DNA of 64,000 nucleotides from Kudoa neothunni (taxonomy: Eukaryota > Animalia > Cnidaria). The stretch's first letter is position 1; every line of letters begins with the position of its first letter. A program made the translations under genes and the position numbers. Below the pieces are notes generated by a model. The model saw only the letters and a list, made by a program, of their open reading frames with translations. It was not told the origin of the DNA and did not search any database. This document shows positions 37,801 to 51,521 of this stretch, piece after piece. The DNA lies in contig OZ199839.1 in NCBI GenBank assembly GCA_964304625.1, forward strand, positions 5,102,837 through 5,166,836, in the 5' to 3' direction.

Positions 37801-40800
37801 AATTCACAGCGCTTTGTTCAGCACTTCATAACCTAGGAACAGTAGCTAAAATCAGCGATAGTGAAAGCAAAATCGATGTAATTATTTTTCAATGTCGCAT
37901 ACTTGAAATATTCCACTAATATTTTATCTTTATCTGATTTAATGATAGAAATATTATATGAATTTATTTTATTATTTATTATAAATTTAAACATTGAAGG
38001 ACACGGTAATGAAAAATGGCAAATATTTGACACTTGAAATGAGAGGATTGGTCGAAAAAGCCAAATTTATAATGGCAGATAAATATTTATCGAAGGAGTT
38101 GAGAGAAGCTATTAGGGTTTGCTCCAGAGAAGTTACTGAAGCTGCAAGCAACCTTGTGTTGGCAGGAAGAGTATTGGCGTCCACCTACTCAAACCCCACC
38201 TCTAAAATGACCATTGAAAATTTCAAGTCGGTGCTTGCTGCCAAATTGAATCATTTATATAATTTATGTTGTGTATGTTATTGCCAAGCGTGATTTTTGT
38301 TGGTACAAAAAACACTAATATTTTTATGTAGATGGGAGACACTGATTCATGTGAAGATCTTAAACAGTGTTGTTCGGATCTGTTGAATTCTCTTTCGAAT
38401 GTTTTCATAACCGAAAAACAATCAAAAGATCAGAAGCTGCGAGAAATGAGCTATTCTTTGGAGAAAATACGTCAACAAGCTGATATCACTGAAGGTTTAT
38501 GTATCATAAACAATCCATTAGCGGTCTCAGAATGTAAATTATTTTTGGAGGTATAATTGGACTTTAAATCTGTAATGAACAATAATTGTTATCTACTTGC
38601 TTAGAATGCACACAGTCTCAGCGGACTTATTGAATCCTACAAATATATGTGCAGTAATGATGATTTGAGAAAAAGTTTGGAAGATTTCCTGAAGGATTAC
38701 CAATCAGCGTTATCAATACTGGTTGTATCAGTAAACGACAAGGATATCAACCAGATACGTCTACAAGTCGTCGAAGCTAAAAAGATGGCAGTAAAATATC
38801 TATCTGAATTTATCAAAAACTATAATACGTCTAGTTTGGAGGTAGTTTTGACATATCATATTCAGACTATATTTTTCTTATAGGATGCTGCGATGAATGT
38901 CGTTTCGTCGTTGAACAACTTGGCGATTAACGTAGATGAAAACAAACAGGTGAATAATAAAAAATGACTGTATGAACTAATCGATATATAGTTGATTTAT
39001 ATCAAATCATCGCAACTGAATCAGGCAGTGAACAAATTCCAGGCTGAGCAAAATTCAAATCTGTTACTGGCTTCGCTGATCTCTTCTGCTCAAGACACCA
39101 GCGATTTCAGCAAAAGCATCATTGAAGAAGAACAGCGATGTTTGGATGATTATGACTCCAAAGCGATGTCAGCATTAGTTTTTAGAAAACTTCACATTCT
39201 TTCAGCTTCCGTCAATGCTCTTGACAACACTTTGAAACGATTTACAATAAGAGATGAGTTTGGAGATGAACTTGATTATTTGGATAAACTGCAAGAGGAA
39301 TGCTCCAATATGGTTGCTACTCTTAAAAGCCTTGCAAATGATTGTTCTGATGGACCAGTTATACCCAATAAACACACTCAGGTATATTGTCACATATTGT
39401 ATTGCTTGATAATATTACCTGTGATAGATGGTGTTGTCAAAGTGTCTGCATTCGCTTATGAAAACTTATGAGGACTCTCGCGATCTCAACCACGCTGTGT
39501 TCAACGAAGACTATGCCACCTACGTTGAACGTTTTCAGTCCACTCAAAATAAAATGTGCGATCTGTTGGAAAAAATAAAAAATACGATAGAAGACAAATG
39601 TGTTGATAAAAACGTAGCCAAACAACTGGCTAACAAGGCAGAAAATCTTGTGAAATGCTCCAACCAAGTTAAACAAGCCATACAACAAGCCCTTGGCAAT
39701 AACTCCAAAGAAAACAACATCAAAGTCTTGGATGTAATTATAGTTCCATTTTAGGGCTATTAATATATTGATTTTGTTGCTAGAAATTGAATGATTTTGA
39801 CGAAGAAATTTTATCAACTGCTGCACTCATTCCTGGAAGTAAAGTTCTTATTCAAACTATTACAGCTTTTAAAGCACTCGTTAAAGAACTACAAGATAGC
39901 TATGTAATGAGATTTTATGAAACTAGATGGCATAATTTTTTGTAGATGTCTACAGGAAAATTCAAGACCTCCGACTCTGAATCAGATTTAATGGACGAAT
40001 TCCATCAAGATATTACTAAATTGTGCGGAATGTTGTTGGATTTCTATTCCAATGTGAGGGATGGAACTCCTATCAGTAAAGAGCAACTGCAAACAATAAC
40101 AGATCAAATTAATAAATGTCGTGAAACAGGAATGAAGCTCTCAACAAAATTGGTAACCAGAATACAAAATAGTGTTTAAATGTCAATCGTCTTATTATTC
40201 ACATAGAACCCCAATGTTAGACCTCATTTTATTTCGGTTCTCACCTCAATTCTAAACGGATTGATTGTATCGCTTACCGAATGTTCCGCTAGAATCGCTG
40301 ATAGTGAATATCCGTTCGACAGTGTTAGTTTGTTTGATTCAATCAAGTAATTGGTTATTGGTTCAATATTTGCGTGCTAAAATGTTGATAAGGGATGTCG
40401 TGGTTTCGTTGAGGAATTTAACCTCACCTGTGCTTAACTTTGTTCCAGGAAAAAGAGAAATCTACAAATTGTATTATCTATGCAAGGTGATTTATTTGTT
40501 GTTAAATTTCTTTCCAAACCATTTGGGTTGTTTTAGTATCACAACGAAGTTTCATTACAATCAGCTTCATATTCTGTCAATCATGAGACAAACTATTGGA
40601 TGTGTGTTGATAACCTCGAGAGTATCAAAGCAATGTTGATCACATTGTTAACTCAATCGATTCCTCCTACTGAACCCTCAAAATTGTCCCCAAAGATGAT
40701 CAAAGTTTTTAATCAACTGATCAACTGTGTGAGAAATGTAGTCGAGGAAACACATCAAGTTATTTTGACGATACCATTGGGACGGTGACGAGATTTTATT

Positions 40801-43800
40801 TAGGCCAACTATCTGATGATTTCTTCAAAAAAAGCAGTAAAACAACAATCCCATGCCAGCTATATTGATTCTAATACTGCCAAAATTTTAAAAGAAAAAC
40901 TTATCCAGCTATCCGCTAATATTATCCAAAATATGGACTCAAAAAAAGATTTGGCCGGTCTGCTAGAGGAATTTGAGGCCTTGGACCAAGAATTCCAACA
41001 CATTTTTTACAAATATTTGAACGATCTCAGCCCCCTAAGTTCTGGTGACTTTATTGATGATCTCAATTCATCCTATCAAGACCTTGTCACTTCGTCGGCT
41101 ATCTACAGAGAAACAATTGAAGTATTTTTAAATAATAAATGATAATAATGAAAATTGTGTTCAATAACTATATCATTCTCAGAAAGGGACAAGAAACAAA
41201 TTAAACAAGAATAAATTGCCAGAAGTTGCTGAAATGTATCAAGAAAATGTGGCTAAACTGACCAAGCTAGCTTCCGACCCTAATACTTCCATCAAATTCA
41301 TTAAAATGAACAATGAAGTTTAGAATAAAATAAAATATGTAATTTAATATTGAGTTAGAAAAAAAGTGCTCAAAAGCCCTCACTAGAGAAGGGAAAATTG
41401 TATCTACAAGGTTTCATTACCTACGCGGATGATTACAAAAATTATTTAACCGGTAAGTATTATCACAGTGAAAGCTTATCGTAATAAAAATTTAATTAAT
41501 TAAATAAAATTAATTAAATGTTAAATTATTGAATTTGACCAAAATATAGATGATAAATCAAATGTAAATTATAAATAACATTCGTATAACTCTTAGGTTT
41601 AAGAATAAAAATTGATTGTTTCGTAGTTTGTCGTTTCCGACACGCAGAACAGGACCGAACTGTGCCTCACGTGCAAAATTTGTGAATTATCCATCACATT
41701 TTAACATATATATATTATAATATTCAGACCTACGAAATTTAGATAAATTAAGAATTTAAGTTTATGAGAAAAATTAAAAATAAAAGATTACAAATGTAAA
41801 TAAAAACATATTTTACATTAATTATGACACACTTAATCAAACTAAAAGTTCTATAATATTAATCTTGTAATATTTTCTGTTCAAGATTTCCTTAAAATAA
41901 TTATCATGTATAGAATTCACTTAAAAATAAAAATCATTGCAAAATATTATTAACTAATTATCCGACTTCAACCTCTGAGTAAAATAGTAATAAGGGTCCA
42001 TTTGGACCCTAAACAAAATTGTGGTACACATTTCTCAAAAATCTGAAAGTTTCCGCAGTTTTCACACACTTTTACTTGATTGTGGTATATTAATCTATTC
42101 AGAATATACGTTAAGATATTTATGAATGATATTGGTATATTTTTATAATTAGAACATCAATTAAAATATAAAATAGAGTCTAAATTGACCACAGATTTTT
42201 TTAATATTTTAAAGCAGCTTGATAAAAAATATTTAATTTTACAATTAAAGTATAATTGTATAATTTTTAAATGCTGAAATTCAACAAACTTTTCTTTTCC
42301 GCGCACGCTTATATGCGGATATCTAATTTATTGCGCCTAGGATGGATTTTTATGCAATAAAGTGATATAAGCACTGGCGTAAATTACTAACATTTACTAT
42401 ATCATGTCTAACTCAGTAAATCTAACCATTATTTTTGTAATAACAACGCAACAATAATTGGTTCTGATGATTCACTCAGTGGTAAAAATAATTTCTGGAA
42501 TTAGGGTAAATCAAGACATTTGCGAAAAATATGATTTATTTTCTCCAGGACACGACTGTTTATATAGCGTAAGTACTTAATGATATAAAGATCGTATACA
42601 TTTTTTCGTCCATTTTTACTATATTTACAGTTTAATTATTTTTATAATTAAAATAATATATTTTGATATAAGATTTCGGTTAAATTTCTGAATATAGTAT
42701 CAACTTTTACGAGGAACAATTATTTTGGGTTCGTAATTAAAGAATAGTTTTTCAATAATGAATTTAAGATGATTTCATATGATGAGAGAAATGTGAATCA
42801 TTCCGTTTATCTATTAAATATTTTGTAGGATATTTCATTTGATATATTCATCAGAGTAATAAAAAATATTTATTATTATTATCGTTGCAATTTTAAATGT
42901 TATCTGTTACACTTTAATGATATTTGACATTAGATAATCTAAATTAATTTGCGTATAATTAATGATAAAGTCGTTTAATATTTACTCCAAAATTGTACGG
43001 ACAGATAGAAAAATTGGGGTGTTCATATGGGCCTTAATTTTACTTTGAGAGGGGTCTTTGGTAACATTACTTAGTAATCTTTTATCCTTCATGTCATTTA
43101 TCAAAAATATTCATAAAGTTAGCAAACAATTATTTTAGAACAAAACACTTTTTCATTAGCGCCAAAATAATATACATTATTATATATCTACTTAAATAAT
43201 ATCGCTCTATCATATTCTAATTACATGGATAAACTTTTAATGGTTTTTAGCATTTTAAACGTAACGCATAATTTCCTAATGCTCATACAAGAATTTGTTA
43301 GCACAATCTAAGCACATATATACGATAGGGGATAAATTGTTGTTTATAACAATAAAAATCCTCAATTCTTCCAACAACAATTGGAAACTATGCTTATTAT
43401 TTTGTCGAGAATAGCTATTTAATTACTTTAAAATATTCATTAAAATAAAGTAATCAAAAAATAACATATTTGAGGTAACAACAACAACAATAATTATTAT
43501 TCAGTTCGTTAAATAATTACTGTGTGTTGTCCAAGATGCAACCATGGTCGGTTCACAGGGTAAACATAAAAAATTGGTTGTATTGTAATTCTCTCACAGT
43601 ATTTTACACCCTTTTGGATACAATTGGAATTTGATCACCATCATGATTACAATTATGAAAAAACATATGACAGACATAATCTGAAATATGTTTATCAGAA
43701 ATCATATTTTTTCGTAAAAAGACGTGTATTTTCTTCATCTTTAAATTAATCAACGTTTTTTAGTGGTGGGAGAGTCACCAAATATACTAATGCGTTTATG

Positions 43801-46800
43801 ACAGATTTTTAAAGTATTGCTATGCCATTAACTTTTACAAATTTCTCTACATGCTTCAGCGGGGATTTAAATCGCTGTAAAGTTCCATATATCGAAATCG
43901 ACACACTAGTATCGAGACATTATCACGTTATTTAATAATAGTTTTGGTCTTTTTTTCTTTTATAGCATGTATAAATACATTGGTAATCTATCTATTATAT
44001 AAAATACAAATTTCGGAATTGCCTGAAGATTGTGTGTTCCGAGAAACAGTGAAATTTCGACAAAGTTATGGGTCTGTTAAAAGTCTAATCTATTAGGAAT
44101 AGTATGATTCGTGTCTGAATAGAGATGATTAAAATTTCCAAAGAATAGAACAATTTTTAGTTGTATTTTTTAGCGTTTTAAGTTTTCATCGAAATCATCC
44201 TTCGGGTGACCGGGAAGATTAGAGCCACCTGGGGCGGAGGTTAGGGGCGATATATCTGTATATAGATGTTATATTTAAAATTTGTTTACTGAATTAGATA
44301 TTCCCAATACCCCGAGCGTAGCCGGGTATTACGGCTAGTAAATACTAAAATTTTAACCAGATTTTTGTCTGTTATTAAAATATTTTTAACTTTTGTGCAT
44401 TAATGATCATTTGATTGAATGTAAGAGTAAAATAATTTTTTTAAGTACATATATAATAATGAATATAAATATTTGTTTAACTTTGTTTTTATAACTTCAA
44501 TGAAAGTAATCTACCCAAAATATCGTATCGAAAATGATACTTGGACCTAACTGGGTTAATGTGCATGAAATATGTCCAGAAATTGTATTCTTTCTATTAA
44601 ATAAACTATTTTATCGTTTATTAACTGATTGGTAGTAACTTTGTTGTACAATTTTTATCATGTATGACTGTGACATTTGCTTTAGTGCTACAACCATCTC
44701 GAAATATTGATAAACAAATCACCAAAGATATCAATGCTATAATTGATGCGCTTGGCGGTTTGATCGATGAATTAAAGTCTTTGAAATATTCTATTGAATT
44801 TTCTAAAATAAAATTCGAATAGGAGATCTTCCCCAAATAATCCTGAAGTAACCAAGTTGATTTCCATCCTCTTGGAAAAGCAAGACTGCCTGGCTCCGTA
44901 TTTTATTGGCAGTGCTGATCAGGCTAAAAATACGGATGTAGAATATAAATGGGTGAATTTTGTTAATGAGAAATATGTTTAGATTGATGAGAACCAAATG
45001 ACGGAGGAAATTGAATCTATAAAGGCGTATTGTGAGGAATTTTTCAAAATTCAACCTCCAAGAAAATCCTCAAAAGATTGTGTTACGACTGTATTTGATT
45101 AATTATTGTGTTTGAACGATTTTTTACAACACATTAGTTGATTAATCTAACTAAAAGTGTTTGTAACTTGTGTGACAATGCTGTTTTGATGAGTCTACAA
45201 ATGAAAGACGGAGGGGAAATCAAAAACTCACAGAAGGATCGAGCCGAATTACTTAACAAATGCAAAGAGTTGCTTACCAATTCCATTCTAATGGCCGATT
45301 CGTTAAATGAACACAAACAAGTATATAAGTGGTAACACTTGTTTACGTAATTTTTTTGTTGCAGTGTGTTCTACTTGACGCAATGCCAATAACGGCAAAA
45401 GCAGCCTCCGAAAAAACTAAAACGAGTGCCAAAGAACTAGGCACATTGGTCAATATATATACCGAGAAGTATTTGTCGAAACAAAGCAGCGCCAAAAATC
45501 TTGAAAAGACACTCAAACGAGTATTTTGAGTTAATATTATCAATAAAAATACTCAGATGTCTCTATTTAATAGTTAGACGAATATATCAATAACAAAGGA
45601 GAACCGAGAGCTGTTACGGGTGGGGATGAATTGGTCAAATCAGAGCAAATTGTTGGTGAAATCATCAATATAAATAAAAATATGGTATTTGCTGATTGTT
45701 ATTGTAGTTGACATTATTTTTGCGATATAGGTCAAATGTACAGCTAGTAATATCGACGAATTGCCCAATCTTCAGTGCCAGGCAACTTCATGTTTCGGTG
45801 ATCTATGTCAAGAAATTGAAGAATTACAAATTGTACCTCATATCAACATGTAGAATATTAACCAATTCACTATTAGAATAACGATGATATACTGGATAGC
45901 ATATTTAAATTGGGTAACGCAACATTATGTATGGGCAATGTTATAGGTCAATATACAAATGACCCTAAAAATCCCAACAACAGAAAACAATTTGCTCAAA
46001 ATTCCAAGAATACTTTAGATTGTGTAATTTTGTTGAGACTGAAGTTATATTTCACTTTTATTTTAGGCAGCAAACGTTATGAAAACACTTCAATCGACAA
46101 AAGGTGTTGAAGTTATATTTTCAAAATTCTGCAAAGAATTACAGACCCACATATCCGATGCGGAAGCTTCGCAATTATTTGCAGAAACTGGAACCCTTGA
46201 CTTCTTGACTTCAGAATCTTTCGAGAGTAACGCGTATGTTCTTTATATAATTTATATTTCCACATTCGTAATAAAAATACCGCTAAATAATATTTTAAAT
46301 CTATATACAATTCTAACAAATTTTTTTCAGGAGTAAAGTAGAAGCAAAATGTGATGTAATTATGAAATTGCTAAAAGATCTTGAGAACGCGGTGATCAAC
46401 GGGACTGATTTCAACCCTTCGATTAATGAGCTTTCTGTGGCTTTGAAAGAGCTCGGAGAAATTATTAATGAGACTGTTTCTTCGCTTGGAAGTGACGACA
46501 AAGATTCACAAGTATATCTTGCTTAGAAGTAGAAGCATGGTATTAAATGCATTTATATCTAAATAGGTTGATCTAATAAAAAATCACTATGAGTTTTTGT
46601 CAACTCTCAACAACACTCTAAGTGACTACAAATCTAAGGATCGCAATAGGTTTAGCACAAAAGATGCGGTCACAGCCCTACAACGCTCTAAGGAAGGTTT
46701 CACCTCTAGATCCCAGTCCCAAAACAATAGCCAGGCTGCTATTCAAGATCTCAAGCAGCATGTGGACCAAAGATTCAAAAAGATATTATCGTCCAACTGT

Positions 46801-47983
46801 GACAATCTCTCAACCAGTGATGAACACATTGAACCCGAAAAATTGGTCCGCCTTTCCAAGAATATCACGGAGACCTGCCAGAAATTGATGGGCGCTTACA
46901 ACAACAAGAAAACTTCTGAGTATCCCACCCATTGCTCCAAAGGCAAGCAAAGTCTTGATGAATTCCTCAACAACATGGAGAACTATCTATCCGAATGCAA
47001 ATCGGATCCAGAATTTATGGCATCATCCAAAAATCTAGTTATGGATAGTCTTTCAAATATTTCTTGTTGTTTCACCACGCTACTTTCGTCTTTGCAAAAG
47101 TCGTTGACATCTACAGACGAAGCCAAACTGCAGGTCAATTCAGCATCGAGAGAAGTCACTCAAAGTTTGGTCAAATTCCTGAAAGTAATGTCCAAAATCA
47201 AGGGCAATGCATTTGTGGATCCAGATGATCCAAACATTCAAGCAGAAAAAGAACTATTCAGTGCTGCTGCCAAAATTGAAGCGGCTGCTAAGAAGTTATC
47301 CGAACTCAAACCCAGAAAAGTTAGTGAAACTGGTGAAGTCAATGAAAATCTCAATTTCGAGGAACAAATCATCGAAGCGGCTACATCCATTACTAATGCA
47401 GCAAAGTTGCTCGTGGCAGCCGCCACTCATGCTCAACGAGAATTAGTTTCCAGTGGTGTGTTCTTTTCCTCATCTTCCAACTCCAAAGAAGATGGGCAAT
47501 GGTCTCAAGGACTGATTTCGGCGGCCCAACTTGTTGCTCAAGCAACCAGCGATCTTTGTGAAGCAGCCAACTCAGCTGTCAAAGGCGAGGCAAATGAGGA
47601 AAAAATTGTTGCGGCTGCCAACAGCATTTCTCATTCTACAATTCAATTAATTATGGCATGCAAAGTAAAGGCTGATCCTTTCAGCAAGGGTCAAAAACGA
47701 CTTCAAGTATTTTATTCAGTCACTGAGCATGTTTATATTTAATCTTTATCGACTGTAGGCTTCTGGTAATGCAATCAAAAAAGCTACTAAGGCATTGGTT
47801 GAAGCTGTTCATAATTCCGGTGTGTTTAAACGTGAGGAAGATGTGGTTGTTCCGGAAACTCAGTTTGTCGGAAGTCGTAAACAAGAACTAAATATGATGG
47901 AAGAAATTCTTAGAAAAGAAAGGGAACTCAATGAAGCCAGAGAAAAATTGTTTCAGCTCCGAAAACACAAAAATGATGGTTGA
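34868..47983 (+). CDS. TLN: Talin (paralog B, canonical): FERM head, rod, intact I/LWEQ (THATCH) domain and dimerisation helix
   Basis: MKKQLHTDD, RWAASKNSFSLDFGD..EHIAQLVSGYIELII, LNFEEQIIEAA, AQRELV, DGQWSQGLISAA, ACKVKAD, EEILRKERELNEAREKLFQLRK. 3.2-kb intron 41453-44685 joins phase-compatible exons. Confidence 0.95.
41972..43054 (+). mobile_element. piggyBac-like MITE family A copy in talin B intron
   Basis: Ends cctctgagtaaaa..gggtccatttggaccc and (rc) cccctctcaaagtaaaattaaggcccatatgaac; no ORF; homologous to the copies at 14114 and 21336-23675. Confidence 0.68.
43987..44338 (+). mobile_element. Non-autonomous Helitron-like element
   Basis: A|TCTATCTATTATATAAAA start; hairpin aataccc-cgagcgtagcc-gggtatt followed by acggCTAG|T. 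Confidence 0.8.
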
Positions 47984-48735
47984 AAAGTTGATATATTTGT
48001 CTCGTGAACTATTAACTACTATTAGTTTTATTTCATTACAATCTTTGATATTTGAAAATTTCACCTCCTAAATTTATTGCATCGCTTCGCTATCATTACA
48101 CACTAACAAATCCAACATTGCTCACTCATTACTGTCAATAATAACTAGTTTATTTTGCTATAAAATAATTTGTTTAAAAGATTTTAATCTTAATTTACAA
48201 TTATTTTAACAAATTTTCATTTTAAAATTTAATCCCACTATAAAATCGAAATGATGCTTTTTTAAAGAAGCCGAAATACCCTTAAATATTCTCAGAAAAA
48301 ATTATAAATTTACGTGAACTCGTATTTTTATAGTTTTTAAATGTTTAAAGGTTATATCATATTATACGTCTATTAATTTTATAATTAATTGAGTAGAAAA
48401 ACCTTTTTTAATGTTTTACACTCTCAACACATATTTTCCATTATAAAATGATTTCTCCCTTATAAAAAATTCAATTTTGTAAATACTACATTATGTTTTT
48501 TATGTTTATAATGAACTCTGTCGATTTATGTAAAGTAATAGTGTCTGTATATTTATCTGAGTAAAAATCGTCTCCTCATAGAGACTTCTTTAACGCTCTC
48601 GTAAATCTAGCGCTTTTCTTTAAATTTTATGACATTTCCGCTATTCTGTTAAATAGATGATATATAATACTAAGAAAAGTTTTAAATAAAGATAACCATG
48701 AGTTGGCTGAGAACAAAAAAATTTGCTTTCTAACA

Positions 48736-49016
48736 AACTTTTGGATGAAAATAACCCCCGATTTTTCTTTAATCTTCGTTTTTAAAAAATTTAATCAAGA
48801 TGAATGTGAAGTTAAAAACAAATTCTAACGATGGGTTTTGGTTAAAAATGATAAGTATTACAATAATTAATCTCTAATAATCTGATTTAATGAACTCATG
48901 GTATAATTAGCTGGGTTTCGATAAAAAATATTTTGTGCCTCAAAAATTCTTTTAAAATAATTTGATTGAGATATTGGTTGAAAAAAAAAAACTGGGGTTA
49001 TTTTCATCCCAAAGTT
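48736..49016. repeat. Inverted repeat pair (aactttNggatgaaaataacccc) about 235 bp apart; MITE/foldback-like
   Basis: 48736-48758 is the reverse complement of 48994-49016 with one mismatch. Confidence 0.65.
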
Positions 49017-49258
49017 CGTCGGAGGGTATTTGTTTTCGAATAACCATAGAGGATTTAAATTATCAGAAGGGAGGTGTATTTGATGTTATTCTTTTAAAGG
49101 CATTAAATGCAGTTTTGCTAATTTATTTTTTATAAGTTGAAGACAAATCTTCAACTTTATAACAAAGATTTCAGTTTTAAAAATGTTTAACTTTTATTCA
49201 AATATATCTAAGTAAATCATTTTTAAATTTAAATATATAATACAAAATCATTAAACGC

Positions 49259-49288
49259 TTCCAGGTAAAGCTGGAATTTTCGTGCTAG
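49259..49288 (+). mobile_element. Helitron-like 3' terminus (5' end not located)
   Basis: Hairpin ttccag-gtaaag-ctggaa, 8-nt spacer, then CTAG|T. Confidence 0.5.
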
Positions 49289-49680
49289 TTAATAAGTAAA
49301 TTAATTAATTGGCTGCAAGATAAATAAATTTTTATTATTTATCTACTGGCATTAATATTTAAATTACAAATAAATACTTAAGATCATCTATTCAAAATAT
49401 TTTATACATGAAATTTCCCTAACAATGAATTTAATTAATTTTGTCGGTTAGTCATAGTCATAGATATTAGTTAATTAATGTAATTTATCTTTATTATTTC
49501 TACCGATAAAAGTTTCATCTCAATACGAAAATGTATGTAAAATTTTAGAATGATAGAAAACTGCAGTAAATATTGATTTAATTATCTTAAAATAAACAAT
49601 TACAAGGTGTGAGATATTCAGTGAACCATATGGACAAGAAGTAGATCACACTTTTAATTTCATTAAATAACGGAGATTAC

Positions 49681-51521
49681 CCCTTGGAAGACGGAGCTCC
49701 AAAAACTAACGAGAGTGACAATGGGGGTACATTATGCACTCCAGAAAATTTTAATGATATTGCGCTTATGTGTCGAAACACGTCATTCCATATGCTTGGA
49801 AACTATTTTAACATTAAAAAACCACAAAAAAGTAAAAATAATTTAGCTATATAATAAGAAACAGGCATTTAACTGATAATCATGATTCACGAAAGAAAGA
49901 CGAATCAGCTATATATTCGACAGGAGTATATTTTGCAACATAATAAAACTCCGAATAAACTCTTAGAGGAGTCAACATTCAGCTTCAATATTTTTTCCCC
50001 AACTCCATCATACCACCAACAAACTCAGCGGCTGTAATCTACCGATTATTCTCATTAATCCCAGAGACTAATTTGGAAAGGATTATTTTTGTAATCAATA
50101 AATTATCTTTTAAATATAATTTTCAATTTAGTAATTGGAAAAGAACAAATATTCACGATTGAGATTCAGTGAAGGCAAAATGAAATAAATTTCGTGTGTA
50201 TACATACACTTAACTGAACGATAGTAATAATTATTTTTGAGTTATTTGCATTATTACCTCTCACAACATTCTACGTTATTGTTGACTGTTGCCTTATTAG
50301 TTAAACTGAGCTTTTAACACAAAACAAAAAGTCTTCGAATAAATATGTCAATTACAAAATTTGTATATATTAGTTATCATAATTTTGAGTAAAATATAAT
50401 TTTTTTCGCTTTGTAGATTTCGTTATATTCACAATATAAATGAATATCTTACATACATTGAATGTTTACTCCCAAACTAGTCCATAATTTAAATAGAAAT
50501 ATTGAGGTTAAATTATTTTATGAACATGAGTTTGATTTCAAATTGCAATTGGGATATTCTAAATTCTTTTTTAATTTAAAGAGAACGAAATACAGTTTTT
50601 TTGAATATTCAGGACGAAATTCTGGTATCTTTGTCAATATTCCTTGAACAGTGAGTGTATCTTTACAACACTAAGATTAAAATTATTTCTTTAAAAATAG
50701 ATGTTGGGTCGTCCCTGATGTATTTGTTGAATAATACAAATTTAATTTTAATTTGAGAATAATGAATATTTCCTAAACTTTGACGAGTCAAAATATTTGA
50801 TTTGATGAATTCCACTGCATATTCTCGAAGAAAATATTGTCACCGATTTCGATCACTTGTTCATCACTCTGGAAATGTTGATACATATATTATACAAGCG
50901 TTAAATGCTGGTACATGGGTAAGTTCCATACCTCCTGGAGTGTCATGTTCTCGATATAAAAACACAACTGTATCGTTGCGCCATTCGATCACCACTGTCA
51001 CACCCTTTTTGGTTTAATTATAATCGCTAATAATTTCAGAGTCGTTTTTGGATAATCGTTCAATAGCGCTATCATGGAAATCTGTTGACGATGGAAAAAT
51101 ATACGTACTTGCAAAACCCAAATAACAAAATTACCAATAGTGTGTACATTAAATTAATCCAAAATTAATCTCATCGCCCATTGGATTATGTCGGCTTAAG
51201 TTAAAAGTATGATTTCTTTAGGTCTTACAGATTTTATACCAATTTTATTGGGTGTTATTAATTTGAAAATTAATTTTATATAGTAGAGTAATCATTGCGT
51301 ACCTTTTTAATGATATTTCAAGTTGACGTTAGTCTTCTCTTTAAAAGAGTTATATGAAGTCAATTTCTTTCAAACTGAATATTCTGAATATTTTAAATAA
51401 AACAGTGAATTATATTGAGAGATTTCGCTGAGTATAATGTAAAGATTTAATTTTTCAATGGGGAAATTTTTAAAAATACAAAAGTTGGGGTGCATAATGC
51501 ACCCCCTTCGTCCCGGGAGGG
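49681..51521 (-). mobile_element. Internally deleted piggyBac
   Basis: Ends cccttggaagacgg / (rc) ccctcccgggacg; TTAA at 51522-25, TTAC at the other side; ggggtgcataatgcacccc palindrome near both ends. Minus-strand remnant STDFHDSAIERLSKNDSEIISDYN*TKKGV (about 51090-51000) is homologous to STEFHDSAIERGDKK in the 55252 element. Confidence 0.8.
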
